Under the pieces are notes generated by a model. That model saw only the letters and a list, made by a program, of their open reading frames with translations, had not been told where the DNA came from and searched no databases. A stretch of 64,000 nucleotides of DNA from Octopus vulgaris (Eukaryota). Every line of letters starts with the position of its first letter. Within the stretch, counting starts at the first letter, position 1. Below are positions 49,711 to 63,804 of the stretch, piece after piece. Both the position numbers and the translations under genes were made by a program. The stretch lies in assembly GCA_951406725.2 (NCBI GenBank), contig OX597821.1, positions 95,232,001 to 95,296,000 on the forward strand, given 5' to 3'.

Positions 49711-50422
49711 ACTAATTGTTTTCCTTGTAATATGGCTGTTGACTAAATCGTTCCAACAGATGGTCTCCTAAAATATTCTCTCCTTATTTCTTTACTACCC
49801 ACAAGGGGCTAAACATAGAGGGGACAAACAATGACAGACAAACGGATTAAGTCGATTACATCGACTCCCCAGTGCGTAACTGGTACTTAATTTATCGACC
49901 CCGAAAGGATGAAAGGCAAAATCAACCTCGGCGGAATTTGAACTCAGAATGTAACGGCAGACGAAATACGGCTACGCATTTCGCCCGGCGTGCTAACGAT
50001 TCTGCCAGCTCGCCGCCCTTTAAATATTCTCTCCTATCTTCTTAACCACCTGTTCTCTCTGGTTCCTGTTAATTGAGATAATAGACGTGAGATTCAGGTG
50101 TTTACTAGATTTCATACTTTGTCCTTCATTTAGCTTTTAGTCTTACACCTTTTTAAATAATAAGGGGCACCTGAGCACTGTATACAATAATTTCATTATT
50201 ATTATTTTATTTCTTTTTTAAATTGAGGCTTACTACATTCGGCCTTAATTGCTGGTCGTGACAAGTCTCTAGTTTTCCAGATAAAACTTTATAATGCAAC
50301 TGTAAAATAATGGGTTATGTAGCTAGATTACCAATTTCTATTTCATCTTTAAGTTTAGTTTTCGCTCTTCGAAATCTTTTTTTAAAATTACATTTAAAGT
50401 GGAAATATTTATGCAAACTAAT

Positions 50423-50454
<32 letters not shown>

Positions 50455-51911
50455 ACACACACACATACACATACATACATACATGCATACATAGGCGCAG
50501 GAGTGGCTGTGTGGTAAGTAGCTTGTTTACCAACCACATGGTTCCGGGTTCAATCCCACTGGGCAAGTGTCTTCTACTATAGCCTCGGGCCGACCAAAGC
50601 CTTGTGACTAGATTTGGTAGACGGAAACTGAAAAGAAGCCCGTCGTATATATGTATATATATGCGTTTGTGTGTCTGTGTTTGTCCCCCTAGCATTGTTT
50701 GACAACCGATGCTGGTTTGTTTATGTCCCCGTTACCTTGCGGTTCGGCAAAAGAGAGACCGATAGAATAAGTACTGGGCTTACAAAAGAATAAGTCCTGG
50801 GGTCGAGTTGCTCGATTAAAGGCGGTGCTCCAGCATGGCCCCAGTCAAATGACTGAAACAAGTAAAAACAAGGGGTTAAACACAGAGGGGACAGACAAGC
50901 GGATTAAGTCGATCATATCGACCCCAGTGCGTAACTGGTACTTAATTTATCGACCCCGAAAGGATGAAAGGCAAAGTCGACCTCGGCGGAATTTGAACTC
51001 AGAACGTAACGGCAGACGAAATACGGTTACGCATGTCGCCCGGCGTGCTAACGTTTCTGCCAAGGTGTTGCTGTGTGGTAGGCGTGGCTGTATGGTAAGA
51101 AGCTTGCTTTCCAACCACATGGTTCCGAGTTCAGTCCCACTGTGTGACACCTTGTCACACACAGCTTCTACTATAAAGCTTCGTGGGGGGATTTGGTTGA
51201 CGGAAACTGAAAGAAGCCCGTCGTATATATATATATATATATGTTTGTGTGTGTGGCATCGCTTGACAACTGGTGTCGGTATGTTTACGTCCCGTAACTT
51301 AGCGGTTCGGCAAAAGAGACCGATAGAATAAGTACTAGGCTTACAAAGAATAAGTCCCGGGGTCGATTTGTTCGACTAAAGGCGGTACTCCAGCATGGCC
51401 GCAGTCAAATGTCAAATATATATATATGTTATATATCATATATATATGTGTGTGTGTGTGTACTAGCTGACTTACTCGGTAATATCCGGAATAGCAGGGG
51501 TTATTTTCAGTTCCCGTCCCCATTACACTGTCCTATCATGTTCCCTGTTCATTTCCCGTTTTAGTTCCGCTTCCATTCTTATCCCCCAATCCTACGTCAG
51601 TTAGGTGTAATTAAGCCATTAAATATTTTGTTAAATATTTTACTATATGGTAATAGTCTGTTGCTAAAAATAGGCATTACAAACTATTAATACGATTAGT
51701 GGGTGAATAAGGAATGTCCCTATATTATTTTAACAAACGAATAAATGAGTTGACCGGTAATACCGGGAAAGCGGGGGTTATTCTCAGTTTCCGTTTACCA
51801 TTACACTGTTCCATGTCCTATGCCGTTTCGTGTTCAGTTCCCATCTTTATACCCAACCCGTCGTTTATGGTGATCTTGATCGACTGTTGTCAATTGATCG
51901 AAAAGTCATTT

Positions 51912-52165
51912 GGCGATCTTTCGTCTCTAGTAGACCTTTCCGTCGATTTCCGTAAAAAAATTTATTTTTTTTTACATATGGTCTTGCGGGAACTTTTGAA
52001 GTAATATACATACATATACACATACACCGAGTAAAAAATTTCAGTTATCTCTCTCTTTCACACATTACTCTGTCTCTTCACACACACTAACAGAAGCACT
52101 TCACTTACACTAAATACTGTCTGTCTCCCACACCCCATCAAACACACACACATGTACATCAATGA
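51912..52165. mobile_element. Partial copy of the GGCGATC MITE
   Basis: Corresponds to the reverse complement of about 1255-1517. Confidence 0.7.
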
Positions 52166-52349
52166 TCTCAATGGTGGAGATGTATTAAAAACAACAGCTA
52201 AATCGCCCTCAACTTTTTTTCCATAGTGAAACTAAATTCAACACCGTATTTAAGAATTTGTTTCTCTCACCATGATATATGGGATCTTTTTAAAAACCTT
52301 TTTGTTACTCAAACGAAAAAATAAATGAATCTTCCAAAATTACTATGCG

Positions 52350-53073
52350 GGATCTTTTCCTTTTGAACGGCAGTTTGTAACACAATTTCTAGTTAACTAA
52401 ACACTTTTAAACTTCGTATACTGGTAGAATGTGTCAAAATAAAACATTCTTTTCTCTTGGCTTTCTTGAGAAAATTGTAATTTGTAAGTTTAACGTAGTT
52501 TAATTTTTCGAATTTTAATCAATCTTATGCCCTCTATTTAGCTAAGATTATTTGCTGCGTCTAAAACAGACAACATCCTGTCACTAACCCTAATCCTCAC
52601 CCTAACCCTAAATTTTAGCCTTTCGTTTTTTTTTTCTTAATTGTTAAATTAATTTAAGGATAACAATTAAGAAAAAAAAACGAAAGCAATGGAAAATAAT
52701 TTTAATTTAACAATTAAGAAAAAAAAACGAAAGGCTAAAACGAAAGCAAAAACTCAAAACAAAAACAAAACGAATAATTTTAGACACGCGTAACAATTAA
52801 ATTAATTTGAAAGGCTAAAATTTAGGGTTAGGGTTAGTGACAGGATGTTGTCTCAGTTTTAGACGCAGCAAATGACTTTAGCTCAATAGAGGGCATTGGA
52901 TTGGTTAAAATTCGAAAAATTAAACTACGTTAAACTTACAAATTACAATTTTCTCAAGAAAGCCAAGAGTAGAAAATGTTTTATTTTGACACATTCTACC
53001 AGTATACGAAGTTTAAAAGTGTTTAGTTAACTAGAAATTGTGTTGAAAACTGACGTTCAAAAGGAAAAGATAC
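52350..53073. mobile_element. Foldback MITE with about 270-bp arms, telomere-like CCCTAA/TTAGGG units and 8-bp TSD ACTATGCG
   Basis: GGATCTTTTCCTTTTGAACG ... CGTTCAAAAGGAAAAGATAC, with ACTATGCG at 52342-52349 and 53074-53081. Confidence 0.85.
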
Positions 53074-53273
53074 ACTATGCGTCCTCAGTGTAACAAAGTA
53101 CAGAACGTCAATATTTATTTGGAACATGAACTAAATGTTATAAAATTCAAGAGTGAACGTCACGGTGAAGAAAGCCAAGCTTTAAGAAAATTCACAATGC
53201 ATAATTCAATTTTTCATACAAAAATAATTTATTTTACAATTTTTAAACGAACGCTGAAAAAATTATGGAGAAA

Positions 53274-53680
53274 GGCGCAGGAGTGGCTGTGTGGTAAGTA
53301 GCTTGCTAACCAACCACATGGTTCTGGGTTCAGTCCCACTGTGTGGCATTTTGGGCAAGTGTCTTCTGCTATAGCCCCGGGCCGACCAATGCCTTGTGAG
53401 TGGTTTTGCTAGACGGAAACTGAAAGAAGCCTGTCGTATATATGTATATAAATATATATATGTATGTGTTTGTGTGTCTGTGTTTGTCCCGCTAGCATTG
53501 CTTGACAACCGATGCTGGTGTGTTTACGTCCCCGTCACCTAGCGGTTCGGCAAAAGAGACCGATAGAATAAGTACTGGGCTTACAAAGAATAAGTCCCGG
53601 GGTCGATTTGCTCGACTAAAGGCGGTGCTCCAGCATGGCCACAGTCAAATGACTGAAACAAGTAAAAGAGTAAAGAGTAA
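53274..53680 (+). mobile_element. tRNA-derived SINE family B, representative full copy; others at about 11790-12177, 18255-18641, 22055-22462, 29665-30062, 40608-41030, 47665-48062 (minus) and 22705-23703 (split), 46475-46830, 50494-50868, 51080-51410, 62310-62510 (plus)
   Basis: A-box TGGCTGTGTGGT, B-box GGTTCAGTCCC, CORE-like TTGGGCAAGT, internal (TA)/(TG) tract and (AAAGAGT)n tail; highly similar copies. Confidence 0.85.
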
Positions 53681-54929
53681 AGGAATATGTTGCTGTTCCG
53701 GACGTGAAGTAATTTAAAACATTTACTGAAGGGTGTAATGTAGCAAGACATAAATTCACTTGACATCACTTGGGAAGCACTCCGTCGGTTACGACGACGA
53801 GGGTTCCGGTTGATCCGAATCAACGGAACAGCCTGCTCGTGAAATTAACGTGTAAGTGGCTGAGCACTCCACAGACACGTGCACCCTTAACGTAGTTCTC
53901 GGGGATATTCAGCGTGACACAGAGAGTGACAAGGCCGGCCCTTTGAAATACAGGTACAACAGAAATAGGAAGTAAGAGTGAGAGGAAGTTGTGGTCAAAG
54001 AGTACAGCAAGGATCACCACCATCCCCTGCCGGAGCCTCGTGGAACTTTTAGGTGTTTTCGCTCAATAAACACTCATAACGCCCGGTCTCGGAATCGAAA
54101 CTGCGATCCTATGACCGCGAGTCCGCTGCCCTAACCACTGGGCCATTGTGCCTCCACACTTGACATCACTTACTATACATTTAAACCGTGTAAGGTTATA
54201 TGCTGTAGAATAAATACTAATTAACGCAGTAAAGAGGTTGCGCTGTGTTGAATACTAACACTGTTAAAGCAGCATTGTAGGCGTACGATAAGGACGCTAG
54301 GACTGTTAAAAAGCTTTATCTTCAAACTGGTTATAAGGACTGGAATAACATTTCTGTAGTTATACTGAAAGAGCCGCTAAGGCTGCTTACTTCGCCAAGT
54401 TTCCGAATTTGTTATAATGAAATGAAAGTTTAGTTGGTAGCCGAAAGATTACTGAATCTTTTGATGCCCCATACGTCGAAAATCGGCAGCTCAATTTTTG
54501 AATGCATAAAGAACATAGGCACACACACATGCAAAATCTCTTTATATGTGTGTGTGCGTGTATATATATATATATATACACATACACGCACCTACACACA
54601 CGCACACACACACGCACGCACAACACATGCACATATACCTTCACACACACAACACATGCACGCACACAGGAACACACACAACCCCACGCACACACTCACA
54701 TACACACACGCATACATATACACACACATACACGCACGCGCACACACATGAGCGCATATATACCACACATATACCTCACACACACATACATGCACACACA
54801 CACTCGTACACGCACGCACACACATACGCACATACACACACGCACATACATACACGCACGTACACACACGCACAGGAATGCACATATACCTAATACACAC
54901 CCACCCACGCACACGCACACGTACACACA

Positions 54930-57010
54930 CACGCCTTCCATCGAGTCCTACCTAGAGCAGCCATCTCCAATTGATCAGGGTGGGTCCACAAGCGAGAGTA
55001 ACCGAGCTCAGGGATATCATCCAATCATCTTGCATGTGGTCTACCCTGGGTCGCCTGTTGCTTTGTTTTGCCCGTAAAACCTGTCCAGCGATTCTTTCCT
55101 GAGGCATTCTTACCGTTTGTCCGTAGTATCGGAACTGTGATAATTCAATTCGGAGAAGTAGTAGCTCTACCTGGAGCGTTTCTCTGATCTCCGAACTACG
55201 AAATCTATCAAGTAACATAACTCCAAAGACCCCTCGGAGGAATCCCATATCGGCCAGTTGTATTCGGGTTCGTATTCTTTCGGATATTACCCAAAATTCA
55301 TGACCATATTTGAGGGTGAGCACGAACACCGAAATGAATATAGTAAGTTTGGTTTTCCCACCTACCTACCTTCTTCTGATGACCGGATGCTGAAGCTGGT
55401 GCACTACTGAAACAGTTTCTACAATTATTGCACTTCATTCAGCCTCGTGAAAACAGCCCCAGGATATTGAACTTCTCCAATTTCTTCAGTGGAACTCCAC
55501 TCACATGTTGGGTGCATTTCGCGGGCTTCCTTGAAAAAGTAGGTATTTCAGTCTTCACAGCACTTCAAGACTATCAAGTGCATATCAGAGATCACCTTCC
55601 GACGAGTTGAGCAGTAACGTTTGTTTGTTCCTTCCTTTTCGAGTCACGTCTGGCTCATAAGGGCCGATTTTCCGGTTTCCTTGGCGCATATGTTCCCCAC
55701 CTGGACGGGACGCCGGTCTGTCTCAGGTGAGCTGCAAGATGCATGAGGAAAGAGTGAGAGAAAGATGTGGCGAAAGAGTCAGCAGAAGTTCGCCATTACC
55801 TTCTGCCGGAGCCGCGTGGAGCTTAGGTGTTTCGCTCATAAACACACACATCGCCCGGTCTGAGATCCGGACCCACGATCCCTCGACCACGAGTCCGCTG
55901 CTTTAACCACTAGGTCATGTGTCTCCACTTGAGCAGTACTGTGTCCTCTGCAAATTCGAACCAATCGATCCTACACCCGCTTGTCTCCGTCCACAATAAT
56001 TATGTACAGGAGAGGTAACAGTACACACCATTAGTGAAGTTCGACACTCACATTGAATGGTTTTGACTTAGTACCATTATCCGAACACAAATATATGGGT
56101 ATTCGTACAAGACTTCAAAACAGCAAGAAGCTATCCATCGATCCCATATTCCTGCAGAAACTCCACAACAAGTCCGTAAAACGCGGTTGTTAAGCCTTTT
56201 CAGGGTCTACGAAACAAGCGTACATCTCTTGATCATACTCCTACGATTTCTCGAAGACTTGTCGCAGTCTGAATATTTTGGTCGGATGTGGTGCGTCCAG
56301 GGCGAAAACCACACTATACGCCAGCTAGCTGGGATTCCACAATATCCCTGCATCTCTTTGACAAACACCCAGCAGAGACTTTACCCAGGAAGCTTAACAA
56401 GGAAAAGCTTAATTCCTCTATAATTAGAAAATCTCTTTTGTCACCGTTTTTGAAAATTTGGATGATAATTCCCTATTGCTTTTACTTAGGTGTCTTTCCA
56501 GAGATCCAGGCCACCTGGTACATACAAGTCAGCCAGAGAATATCTTCTCTGTTTAAGGTCCTTAACATCTCGGGCCGAATTCCATCCTCTCCATAGAGCC
56601 TTGCCACATTTGAGCTCTTCAATTGTTTTTGTGCCCTCAGTCTTCGAGAGGTTAGTCATCACTCCCATATGCATTTCCTGTACGTCAGAAGATATTGTGA
56701 CCAGGTTTAGGAGATCAGCAAAGTATACTCTCCACCTCGTGAGGATGCACCTCTCTTCAGAGACAAGGACTCCAGACGAGTTCCTGATAGCAGGTGTGGA
56801 GGGGACTTCTTATTACGAAGTCGGCATATGGTCTGCCAGAATACTTTATTTACTGATCTAAAGTCGGATTCGAACTCAACCCCGAAGTCATCCCATGACT
56901 TAATTTTAGACGTGCCAGTTTTGTGAATTTTCTTGGCTTTAGGCAATCTCAAATTTCAGATAACCAGTTGGTGGTCAGTTGGCCGCTTAGCCCCTCTCTT
57001 AAACACGAAC
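54930..57010 (-). mobile_element. Degraded RTE (Expander/Rex3-like) LINE, interrupted by a SINE at about 55620-55928
   Basis: Frameshifted RT pieces: I..LKCGKA.., YCGIP.., FVDPEKA, LLDRFRSSEIRETLQVELLLLRIELSQFRYYG..RMPQER. Confidence 0.75.
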
Positions 57011-57089
57011 ATCCTGTACAGAATCGAAGAGATCAGAGACAATAACAAAATCAATTACTTATCTCTGTCTCCGATTTCTTCTACACCAT

Positions 57090-57985
57090 ATTCTACTCCA
57101 TATTGTCGAATTCGCAAAGGCTGAATTCGACAATATAGAGACATTGGGCATAGTTCGCCAATCAAGCAGTCCTGATCGTCACCCCTACATGTGGCCCCAA
57201 AATCCAACGGAGGCTATCGACCTTGCAAGATTGCCGGCGCCTCAGCGTAGATACGGCACCTGACCGCTACCCCATTTTAGACGTACAGGATTTTTCAGTC
57301 CAGCTAGACGGGTGCTCGGTTTTCTAGAAGGTTAACCACCAAATACCAGTACAAGATGATGATGTAACGAAAACCGCTGTTATCACTCCTTTTGGTCTGT
57401 ACGAATACCTACGTACACCCTTTGGGCTGATAAATTCACCACAATCCTTCCAACGCTTGATGGACACCGTGTGCAGAGGTCTCAATTTTGTCTTTACATA
57501 CTTAGATGAGATCTTTATTGCAAGTCAAAATGCGGAGCTACTTAAGAAGAACCTAGTGGCTCTTTTTGATAGGCTGGAACAGTGTGGTTTAGTAATCAAC
57601 ACCGCTAAGTGCGTTTTTGGTGTGACAGAAATCGACTTCTTGGAACATCGAATCACAAGTGCCGGCGCTACACCACTTACAGAAAAAGTGAAAGCTATCC
57701 TATCCTTTCCACGCCGAACCACAAGCAAGGCTCTACACCAATTCGTGGGCATGGTACACCCGTTGGCCTGAGGCTATCCTTCTCCGCAGCAGGGAAACAA
57801 GAAATCAGCCGAGCCTTCATAGCAAACTGGGTTTCCCGTTTCGGTGTCCCAGACAGCATCTCATCCGATTGGGGTCCACAATCCACCTCAAAGCTGTGGA
57901 ATGACATGTGTGACTTTTTTGGAATCACAATGAATCGCACAACAGCCTACCACCCACAAGCCAACGGATTAGTGGAGAGATTTCT
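57090..57985 (+). mobile_element. Ty3/gypsy LTR-retrotransposon remnant (RT joined directly to integrase by internal deletion)
   Basis: TAVITPFGLYEYLRTPFGL..FQRLMDTV..YLDEIFIAS, then WVSRFGVPDSISSDWGPQ..TTAYHPQANGLVERF. Stops and frameshifts are present. Confidence 0.85.
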
Positions 57986-58613
57986 GAATGAACGCTGCAA
58001 TGTCTGAAGTGGAGATGGAATATGTTGAATAAAATCAAAATTTACTGATCCTCCTGTATTTTCTCTTACCTCAAACCAGGAACTTTCCAGCACTCCACTT
58101 GTATATAAACCTACGCAGCAGACATACAAACATGGTAAATTTAACCACTTCTCTGTAGATTGAAAAGCAAAAAGAAAATGGATAGCCTTCATCGATTTTC
58201 CAATCTTACTGGGGTCTCATTTAGAGGTGTCGTCACATAATACATATTTCTGCACATAAATGCAGACATATATAATAGTTTGTGTGCCTGTATACATGTA
58301 TGTATGATGTGTGTACGTACTAGCACATCGTTACTAATCGTTACTAATAGTTTCATGAAAGAATTTTTTTAAAAAATCAATAATTGGACGATATAAGATT
58401 AGTAACTTCCCACGAATTTTTATGTTGTTTCTTCGTGGAAAGTCATTGCGCTCTTATATTATCAAATCATTGATTCGGTTTTTAACTTTAACGTATAGAC
58501 CATTGAAATCAATGACTGTTAGTTCGTACGTTAATAATACCTATACCTACATGTATATTTTACTCTGCAATTGTATTGACAGCTCTATTTTTGTTCATAT
58601 TTCATTTGCAGTA

Positions 58614-58678
<65 letters not shown>

Positions 58679-59816
58679 CCACACACACACGCAGCCAAAT
58701 ATACACGCACCACACACACACATATATATCACCGGTTATTATAATTGTGCATTTAGAATGCCTGGTACCTATAAGTCACGGCTGTGAGGCAGTGTAGATT
58801 CACTCATCTGGACACTCATCTCATAAGCATAGAACAAAATGTTAATTCATAAATGACAAAATAACAACAGTGACGTAATTTCATTCATTAGCTTACAGCT
58901 GTTTCAATTATGAAAACACGCCACTCATCAACGAACGCCAATTTGTATTTGGATAGCTTTTTCCATGCAGGCATGGCCAATTGGTTTAGAAGTTTCCTTC
59001 GCAACTATGAAGTCTCGGTTCAATCCCACTGCGTGGCATCTTAAGTAATTTTTTTTTTTTGCCATAGCCTGGCAAAAACTTATAATATCGGTTTGGTTGA
59101 CACCCAGTCTTCTCAGGAAAATATGGGTGAGGAATGGTATTGTAGAAAGTAGAGTAGCAGATTCGAAACCAAATTGCTGGAATAGCCAAGTAAAAGTCAC
59201 GGTTTAGCCACAATCGTTAAACGCGATCGGCCGACTAACTGACCAGTCAGCAGCAAGTCATTACATGATTCGACCTTCTAGAATTTTCTAGACATCCTTC
59301 TAACGAGGCTTATAAAATGATGAACTTTTAGCGCTATACTTCAGTGTTGGAGACCGTCGCGTTGTAATTGAAATTGAGTAATTTGATAAACAGAAACGGT
59401 GTATAAAGTAACCGTTTCGATTCTTTGATTGTTTTCGGTCAATTCTATACAAACCATGTGTGATGACAACAGCTGCTATATATTGTATGGTTAATCGAGC
59501 AACTGTATTTTGTTCAACAACTATTGATGAAATGAATAAACACCGAAACGATAGGTGTGTCAAGAAATGATTTTCAACTCCTGAAGATCAATGGTCTCTA
59601 AAATTAGTTCAGTTCCAAAGAATTCTGTGGAAAAGTAGCTAACTCAAAAGTGAGTTCAACGCTCTGGGATTCTAAAAACCTGTTATACTCACAGTGTTAC
59701 AGCAATTGTCTCTGAAGTGTGTGGTACTGCATCCCACTGATGTCATCATCAGGACCGTTTACGAAAAGTGTCGACACGTTCCAAGTTATTGTTATGTTTA
59801 TCGTCATCGTCGTCAG

Positions 59817-59870
<54 letters not shown>

Positions 59871-60504
59871 GTTGTATTGTCGTCGTCGACGCCATCATCA
59901 TTTTACGGTCACTTTTCCATCTTTACACTAGCTGGACGGGTCTTCTCCAGCACAACATCCTGCTACTAGTTCCTCTACTCAGTCAGCTTCTTAGGCCCTG
60001 CCTTTTCAGATTAGTTTTCACCACTTCTTCCAGTGTTTTCAAAAAGGACATGTATACATTTTACTGGCCTCCTTTGGAGAGTATATTTTATTTGTTTCTT
60101 TTGGCACATGTTTTCTTCAAATAAATTAGCCAATTACTTTTGCAAAACTTTTCCAAACTTATAATATTGGTTTGGTTGACACCCAGTCTTCTCAAGAAAA
60201 CATGGGTGAGGAATGGTATTGTAGAAAGTAGAGTAGCAGATTCGAAACTGAATTGCTGGAATAGCCAAGTAAAAGTCACGGTTTAGCCACAATCGTTAAA
60301 CTTGATCGGCCGACTAACTGACCAGTCAGCAGCAAGTCATTACATGATTCGATCTTCTAGAAAGCTTTCTAACGAGGCTTATAAAATGATGAACTTTGGT
60401 GGTATACTTCAATGTTGGAGACCGTCGCGTTGACAACCACATTCTTGAACAGCATACCAAACAGTTGTGTTAACAACTTCCTACTCATATTTCTCTTCTC
60501 TTTA

Positions 60505-60737
60505 AGGCGGCGAGCTGGCAGAATCGTTAGCACGCCGGGCGAAATGCTTAGCGGTATTTCGCCTGCCGCTACGTTCTGAGTTCAAATTCCGCCGAGGTCG
60601 ACTTTGCATTTCATCCTTTCGGGGTCGATAAATTAAGTACCAGTTACGCACTGGAGTCGATATAATCGACTTAATCCATATGTCTGTCCTTGTTTGTCCC
60701 CTCAGTGTTTAGCCCCTTGTGGGTAGTAAAGAAATAG
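60505..60737 (+). mobile_element. tRNA-derived SINE family C, representative copy; others at about 1885-2092, 5846-6078, 7294-7640, 13703-15325 (cluster), 30100-31090 (cluster), 38179-38410, 39996-40190, 41759-41986, 49785-50016, 50870-51061 and 60743-61080
   Basis: GGCGGCGAGCTGGCAGAA head, GAGTTCAAATTCC B-box, and central GTCGACTTTGCNTTTCATCCTTTCGGGGTCGATAAA domain (resembles Meta/MESC-type SINE domains; inference). Confidence 0.85.
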
Positions 60738-63157
60738 AACTAGGTATTTCGCCTGTCTTTACGTTCTGAGTTCAAATTCCGCCGAGGTTTGACTTTGCCT
60801 TTCTTCCTTTCGGGGTCGATAAATTAAGTACCAGTTGCCCTCTCCCCCAAAATTTCGGCCCTTGAGCCTAAAGTAGAAAAGAATCGTTAGCACGCCAGAC
60901 GAAATGCTCAGCGGCATTTCTTCTATCTTTATGTTCTGAGTTCAAATTCCGTCGAGGTCAACTTTCCCTTTCATCCTGTGAGTATAACAGTCGATAAAAT
61001 TAGTACCAGTTAAGCACTGGAGTCGATGCAATCGACTTACCCACTCCCCAAAATTGCTGACTTCGTGCCAAAATTTGAAATCCATTTTTCTCTTCTCCAG
61101 TCGAACAAAATGTAAACTGCAGATTTGCCACCATGAATTTAGCATATTTCTCCAGTTGTGACAGCGTAGTCACGGAGCTATATGAGCCAGCTATTTTGTT
61201 ATAACTACAAACGTTTGTCTCTCCCAATGTGTATAAACTATTGTTTGTATTCTTCATTCAAAGACCGACATGGAAAATACTGTATGCAGTAAATAAAGCT
61301 TCTGTTAATTGTTCACGTTTGTTGTTCATCACTTATACGCAGCCAACAACGCAATACAACCACAAGAAATACACTGGTGCACCTCATGACTAGTATTTCT
61401 AGCAAGAGAGTATTTATGAGATGAGAAGAGACTCATTAAGAATACAACACAGTAAGAGGATGAAGAAAGTCGGCTGGTCTTGAGTGTAGAGAGTATACAG
61501 CTAGCTTCTTCAGGGGCACACACGTTGTAGTAATAATTGTAGCACAGTGAAGAAAATGGTGTTAGCCAATGATTGCAGTGTGTTGGATATTGAATCATTG
61601 TTAATCTACCGGAGAGGTAGTCTTGTTTTGAAAGCAGCTTGAGTTGTTCGTTTCGTGAGGAGTAGAACACCTTTAGCAGCATTGTAGGCCCCGGAGAAAT
61701 CAATATTCTGGGCCCTATAGCATTTATTTATTGACAACAAAGTAAAGCATACATAAATCAGCATTTGGCTCCTAGACCCACGGGGTCCCTGGGCAACTAT
61801 ACAGTGTGTCCATGCCTTAAGGCGGTATTAGAGTAGAGAGGGTACCAATCTACTGCAGAAAACATTCACAATTAACTCGGTATTTCGGTATCTCTTTCTG
61901 TCACTTGAAAGTGTTCTGTTCCAGAAATATTTGCAGTTGATTTGAACTCACAAACTAGTATTGAATCGTGAGATATTATTAATTAGTTTAGTCTGAAGGA
62001 AAAGATTATGTGACATATCCCCTCCATAAGTGTGCCTTCGTTTTACTGACTTTCTTTCCTTATAACTTCCAGAATTTCGATTATATCTGCATCAACACCA
62101 TCTAAAGTGTATTTGTAGAAAATTTCGCCCGTTTTCCAATGGTAGAGTAGCAGATTCACACGAGTTTGCTTGGTTTCCTCATTTCTTTCCGAAAAATGGA
62201 TATTCTTTTGATAAAATTTTCCGAAACTACTTTTCAGATGGTGTAGATTACGACAACATCGGAATTTAATATGAAAAAAAAAAATTAAAAAAAGGCACGT
62301 ACACATTATGTTTGTCCCCCACTAGCATTGCTTGACAACCGATGCTGGTGTGTTTATGTCCCCGTTACTTAGCGGTTCGGCAAAAGAGACCGATAGAATA
62401 AGCACTGGGCTTACAAAAGAATAAGTCCCGGGGTCGAGTTGCTCGATTAAAGGCGGTGCTCCAGCATGGCCGCAGTCAAATGACTGAAACAAGTAAAAGA
62501 GTAAAAGAGTATACACACATCACAGATATCTACAAAATGCAACTTGAAATTTCGAGAAAAATTGTGATGTGTGTCAGTATGTACGTGCACCTACCCAACA
62601 ATGTTATTTTTTTACACTAAACTTCGATATAATCCTAATCTACACCATCTGAAGGGTATTTGTAGAAAATTTCAGAAAAACAATATCCATTTTTTCCGAA
62701 AGTAATGAGGAAACAAAACCGGCTTTAGGGAATTTTCACAACTCCTCTCACTACCCTAGAAAATACTTTTTCATAACAAATTCCTATATACTCGGAATCT
62801 ACACCATCTGAAGCGCATTTATAGAAAAGGTCATTAAAAACAAATTCGTTTTTCTGGAAGTTATGAGGAAACAAAGTCGAGGTGGCGAACACTTGTGTAA
62901 GTATGCCAGGTTATATTAATAGCCTTCACATGCCTCCGAAACCAGTGAGATTGAGAGGTAGAGCTTCTTTCAGCTACTGACTATTTAGCAAAGTCGCCTC
63001 TATACCGAAAATATAACGATTTTCAATAAAGGTACAATATAGTTTTGAGTGAGAAGGGGGAGTACAGACGATTTTATTGGCCTCAAGACCTGATTGATAT
63101 AATCGACATCGGCGGGTATTTTAAGTCAGAACATGAAGGGACCTAACTAAATAGAGC

Positions 63158-63804
63158 GGCGATCCTTCGGAGATGGTTTCACAAAACTGAAAGTATTTGT
63201 TCAGCAATTTCTGTAATGTTTTTTTTTTCCAGCTCACATACAGATTAATAACACACACACACAAATATACATACATGGACATGAACACATACATACATCC
63301 AAAAATATATATACACATATATACACAAATAGACGTGCATACACATAAACACATACATACATACACTGAAATATATGTATATACAAAAAATACATAAATA
63401 TAAATTTCTTTATTGCCCACAAGGGGCTAAACATAGAGGGGACAAACAAAGACAGAGAAAGGGATTAAGTCGATTACATCGATCCCAGTGCGTAAATGGT
63501 ACTTTATTTATCGACCCCGAAAGGATGAAAGGCAAAGTCAACCTCAGCGGAATTTGAAAAGCGATTCGCGAAAACATGTATGTGTATGTATGTATGTATG
63601 TGTGAATGTGAGTGAGTATGCGTTGGAGTCTGTTTTACAATTCAACTCGCTCGTCGACATGAAAGACAATGATTGCACGTATATGCGAGTGAATGTGCGA
63701 CCGTGTTTTTCATTGTTCAACTAAAAGAAATTAAAGAAATAAAAAAATATTACGGAAATAAACGAATAGTTTCAGTTTTGTGAGACCATCTCCGAAGGAT
63801 CGCC
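63158..63804. mobile_element. GGCGATCC-terminal MITE with a nested SINE fragment
   Basis: TIR GGCGATCCTTCGGAGATGGTYTCACAAAACTGAAA at both ends; SINE piece at about 63405-63557. Confidence 0.75.
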
